DNA of 63,964 nt, counting the filler, from Octopus bimaculoides (taxonomy: Eukaryota): NCBI RefSeq assembly GCF_001194135.2. It is 4 parts of 3 records of this genome, joined end to end, with 100 filler letters (N's around TTAATTAATTAA, not from the genome) between each part and the next. Parts side by side here need not be neighbours in the genome. Positions count along the whole stretch, not along the records: positions 38,318 to 62,438 come from NC_068984.1; positions 62,539 to 63,964 come from NC_068984.1; 2 more parts are not named here. One strand, given 5' to 3'. Within the stretch, counting starts at the first letter, position 1. Each line of letters begins with the position of its first letter. The position numbers and the translations under genes were made by a program. Below, piece by piece: positions 62,186 to 63,964 of this stretch. The notes under the pieces were generated by a model, which made no database searches, was not told where the DNA came from, and saw only the letters and a list, made by a program, of their open reading frames with translations.

Positions 62186-62278
62186 CACCTCGGGCAAGTG
62201 TCTTCTACTATAGCCTCAAGTCGACCAAAGCCTTGTGAGTGGATTTGGTAGATGGAAACTGAAAGAAGCCCGTCATAC
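62186..62278 (+). mobile_element. SINE family B fragment
   Basis: CACCTCGGGCAAGTGTCTTCTACTATAGCC..GGAAACTGAAAGAAGCCCGTC. Confidence 0.85.
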
Positions 62279-62305
62279 ATATATATCATCATCATCATCA
62301 TCATC

Positions 62306-62438
62306 GTTTAACGTCCGCTTTCCATGCTAGCATGGGTTGGACGATTTGACTGAGGACTGGTGAAACCGGATGGCAACACCAGGCTCCAATCTAATTTGGC
62401 AGAGTTTCTACAGCTGGATGCCCTTCCTAACGCCAACC
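62306..62438 (-). mobile_element. SINE family D, cut by the join
   Basis: TTTAACGTCCGCTTTCCATGCTAGC..GGATGCCCTTCCTAACGCCAACC. Confidence 0.88.
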
Positions 62439-62538
62439 NNNNNNNNNNNNNNNNNNNNNNNNNNNNNNNNNNNNNNNNNNNNTTAATTAATTAANNNNNN
62501 NNNNNNNNNNNNNNNNNNNNNNNNNNNNNNNNNNNNNN
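62439..62538. other. artificial scaffold-join spacer
   Basis: 44 N + TTAATTAATTAA (62483-62494) + 44 N. Confidence 0.95.
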
Positions 62539-62652
62539 AGAGAACAAAAGACTAAAACAAAAGCCAAACTGATTGTAAGATTGTATAAAATAATGTGACA
62601 TGTACTTTTCAGTAATTGAGATTGCTGTCTATACACAAACACACACACACAC

Positions 62653-62690
<38 letters not shown>

Positions 62691-63039
62691 CACAACAAAA
62701 CACAACAAAATACATACATACATACATACATACATACATACATACATACCTGCGAGTGTCTGCCTCGAAGTGGAAGGGGATCAAGTTCCTGCAGACGTTG
62801 TAGGGCAGCTGCCGAAACCATTTCCCACATCAGTGGTCAGTACTCGCGCCTGAAGAAGCAAAAACTAACTGGATATAGGCGATATTCCACCTGATGACGA
62901 AGGCGAATGAGTCCCAACATTATGGTCGGAGAGTATGCTAGGAACCGGCCTACTGTGTTTCGAGTAATAATAGACTTATACCCGATCTATTCATGCGTGG
63001 TCCCAGCACAAACACACGCACACACACACACACATACAC

Positions 63040-63260
63040 ACACACGTGTACTCTTCGAAACGCCTGTGTTAGAATGGGGGTAGCTGATGAAGGAAAATGT
63101 TCTCTATGTGGCCTGTGTGTTTTCTGTACTCTGGTTATTATTTTTTTTTTGTCTACGTTTTGTTTGCAATGTCCTGTACCCAGATATGCACCTATATATA
63201 CAGGTAGATGTAGGTATGCACATACCTGTACGTATATATACATATACTCATTTATTATTT
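63040..63260. repeat. interspersed repeat family F, inverted relative to 26413-27110
   Basis: CTCTTCGAAACGC..AGAATGG..AGCTGATG and GTCCTGTACCCAGATATGCA..GTAGATGTAGGTATG. Confidence 0.7.
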
Positions 63261-63675
63261 GTTATATATATATTGCATAATGTATTCAGCTCAATGTGGA
63301 CAGGTAGTGCACTTTGCTCTAAAGTTTGAAGAATCAAAATTCTCTCTACGTACAGTTTTGTCCTCGCAGCTGTCACCACTATCATCACCATCATTACTAT
63401 CAACACTCCTGCCATGATTATTTCCAATACCACAAACGAATCTACTACTACCACCACTAATACTACAACTACAACTACTATCACTTCTACTACCATATTT
63501 GCCTGTAATTGCGATAGAGATCAAAGCAACTGACGCGACAGCCACCGACGACGTGATTTATATATAATGATAGAATCGTGTGTTGGCGTTCGGAAAAAAG
63601 ATGGTCGGTGTCGATACCACTGTCTGAAAAATGTGCATAGGCGTATATTACACAGAAGAGCTATTTAATATTACA

Positions 63676-63760
63676 GGTGGCGGGAAGACGGAAAACTGAG
63701 AGAATCGTTAGCATGCTGGGAGAAATGCTTAGCGGCATTTCGTTTTTACGTTCTGAGTTC
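63676..63760 (+). mobile_element. SINE family A head
   Basis: GAGAATCGTTAGCATGCTGGGAGAAATGCTTAGCGGCATTTCG..GTTCTGAGTTCA. Confidence 0.75.
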
Positions 63761-63838
<78 letters not shown>

Positions 63839-63880
63839 GTAGGTAGGTAGGTAGGTAGATAGATAGATAGATAGATAGAT
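63760..63880. repeat. compound (AGAC)n(AGAT)n(AGGT)n(AGAT)n microsatellite
   Basis: Direct inspection. Confidence 0.97.
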
Positions 63881-63964
63881 ACATTTCTTTTATTAGCCAC
63901 ACAGGGCTCAACGAAGATGGGACAAATACAATGTAGAGCTTTTCTTTTTGGGAGGGGGAAGGAA

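Noticed and set aside
63051-63095. Type II hammerhead arrangement GAAAC..GTT..CTGATGA
   Set aside because: Stem I cannot pair in either copy of family F

Overview
AT-rich, microsatellite- and transposon-dense animal genomic DNA with many N gaps. The repeat families resemble those I recall from octopus/coleoid cephalopod genomes (inference). The window is not one contiguous locus: three identical artificial 100-bp spacers (44 N + TTAATTAATTAA + 44 N, at 20803, 38218 and 62439) join four segments. Host genes: (i) the first coding exon of an SLC16/monocarboxylate-transporter-like MFS gene on + (22100-22292); (ii) the 3' part of a CCDC33-like coiled-coil gene on -, with four phase-compatible exons (61036-61222, 57734-57810, 56180-56287, 54804-54923) and two further candidate exons (48160-48254, 46802-46949). 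The rest is decayed mobile DNA: Tx1/L1, RTE, R4-like and Penelope-like retroelements, mariner/Tc1/maT transposons, a Helitron helicase, hAT MITEs and four SINE families. The most unusual structure is a ~360-430 bp TGTAG...CTATA element with 4-bp target-site duplications and a 50-nt terminal hairpin. It occurs four times within 10.5 kb as two tail-to-tail pairs, one copy in a three-level nest. No CRISPR, rRNA or true tRNA genes were found. Most ORFs in the track are microsatellite or N-gap artefacts.
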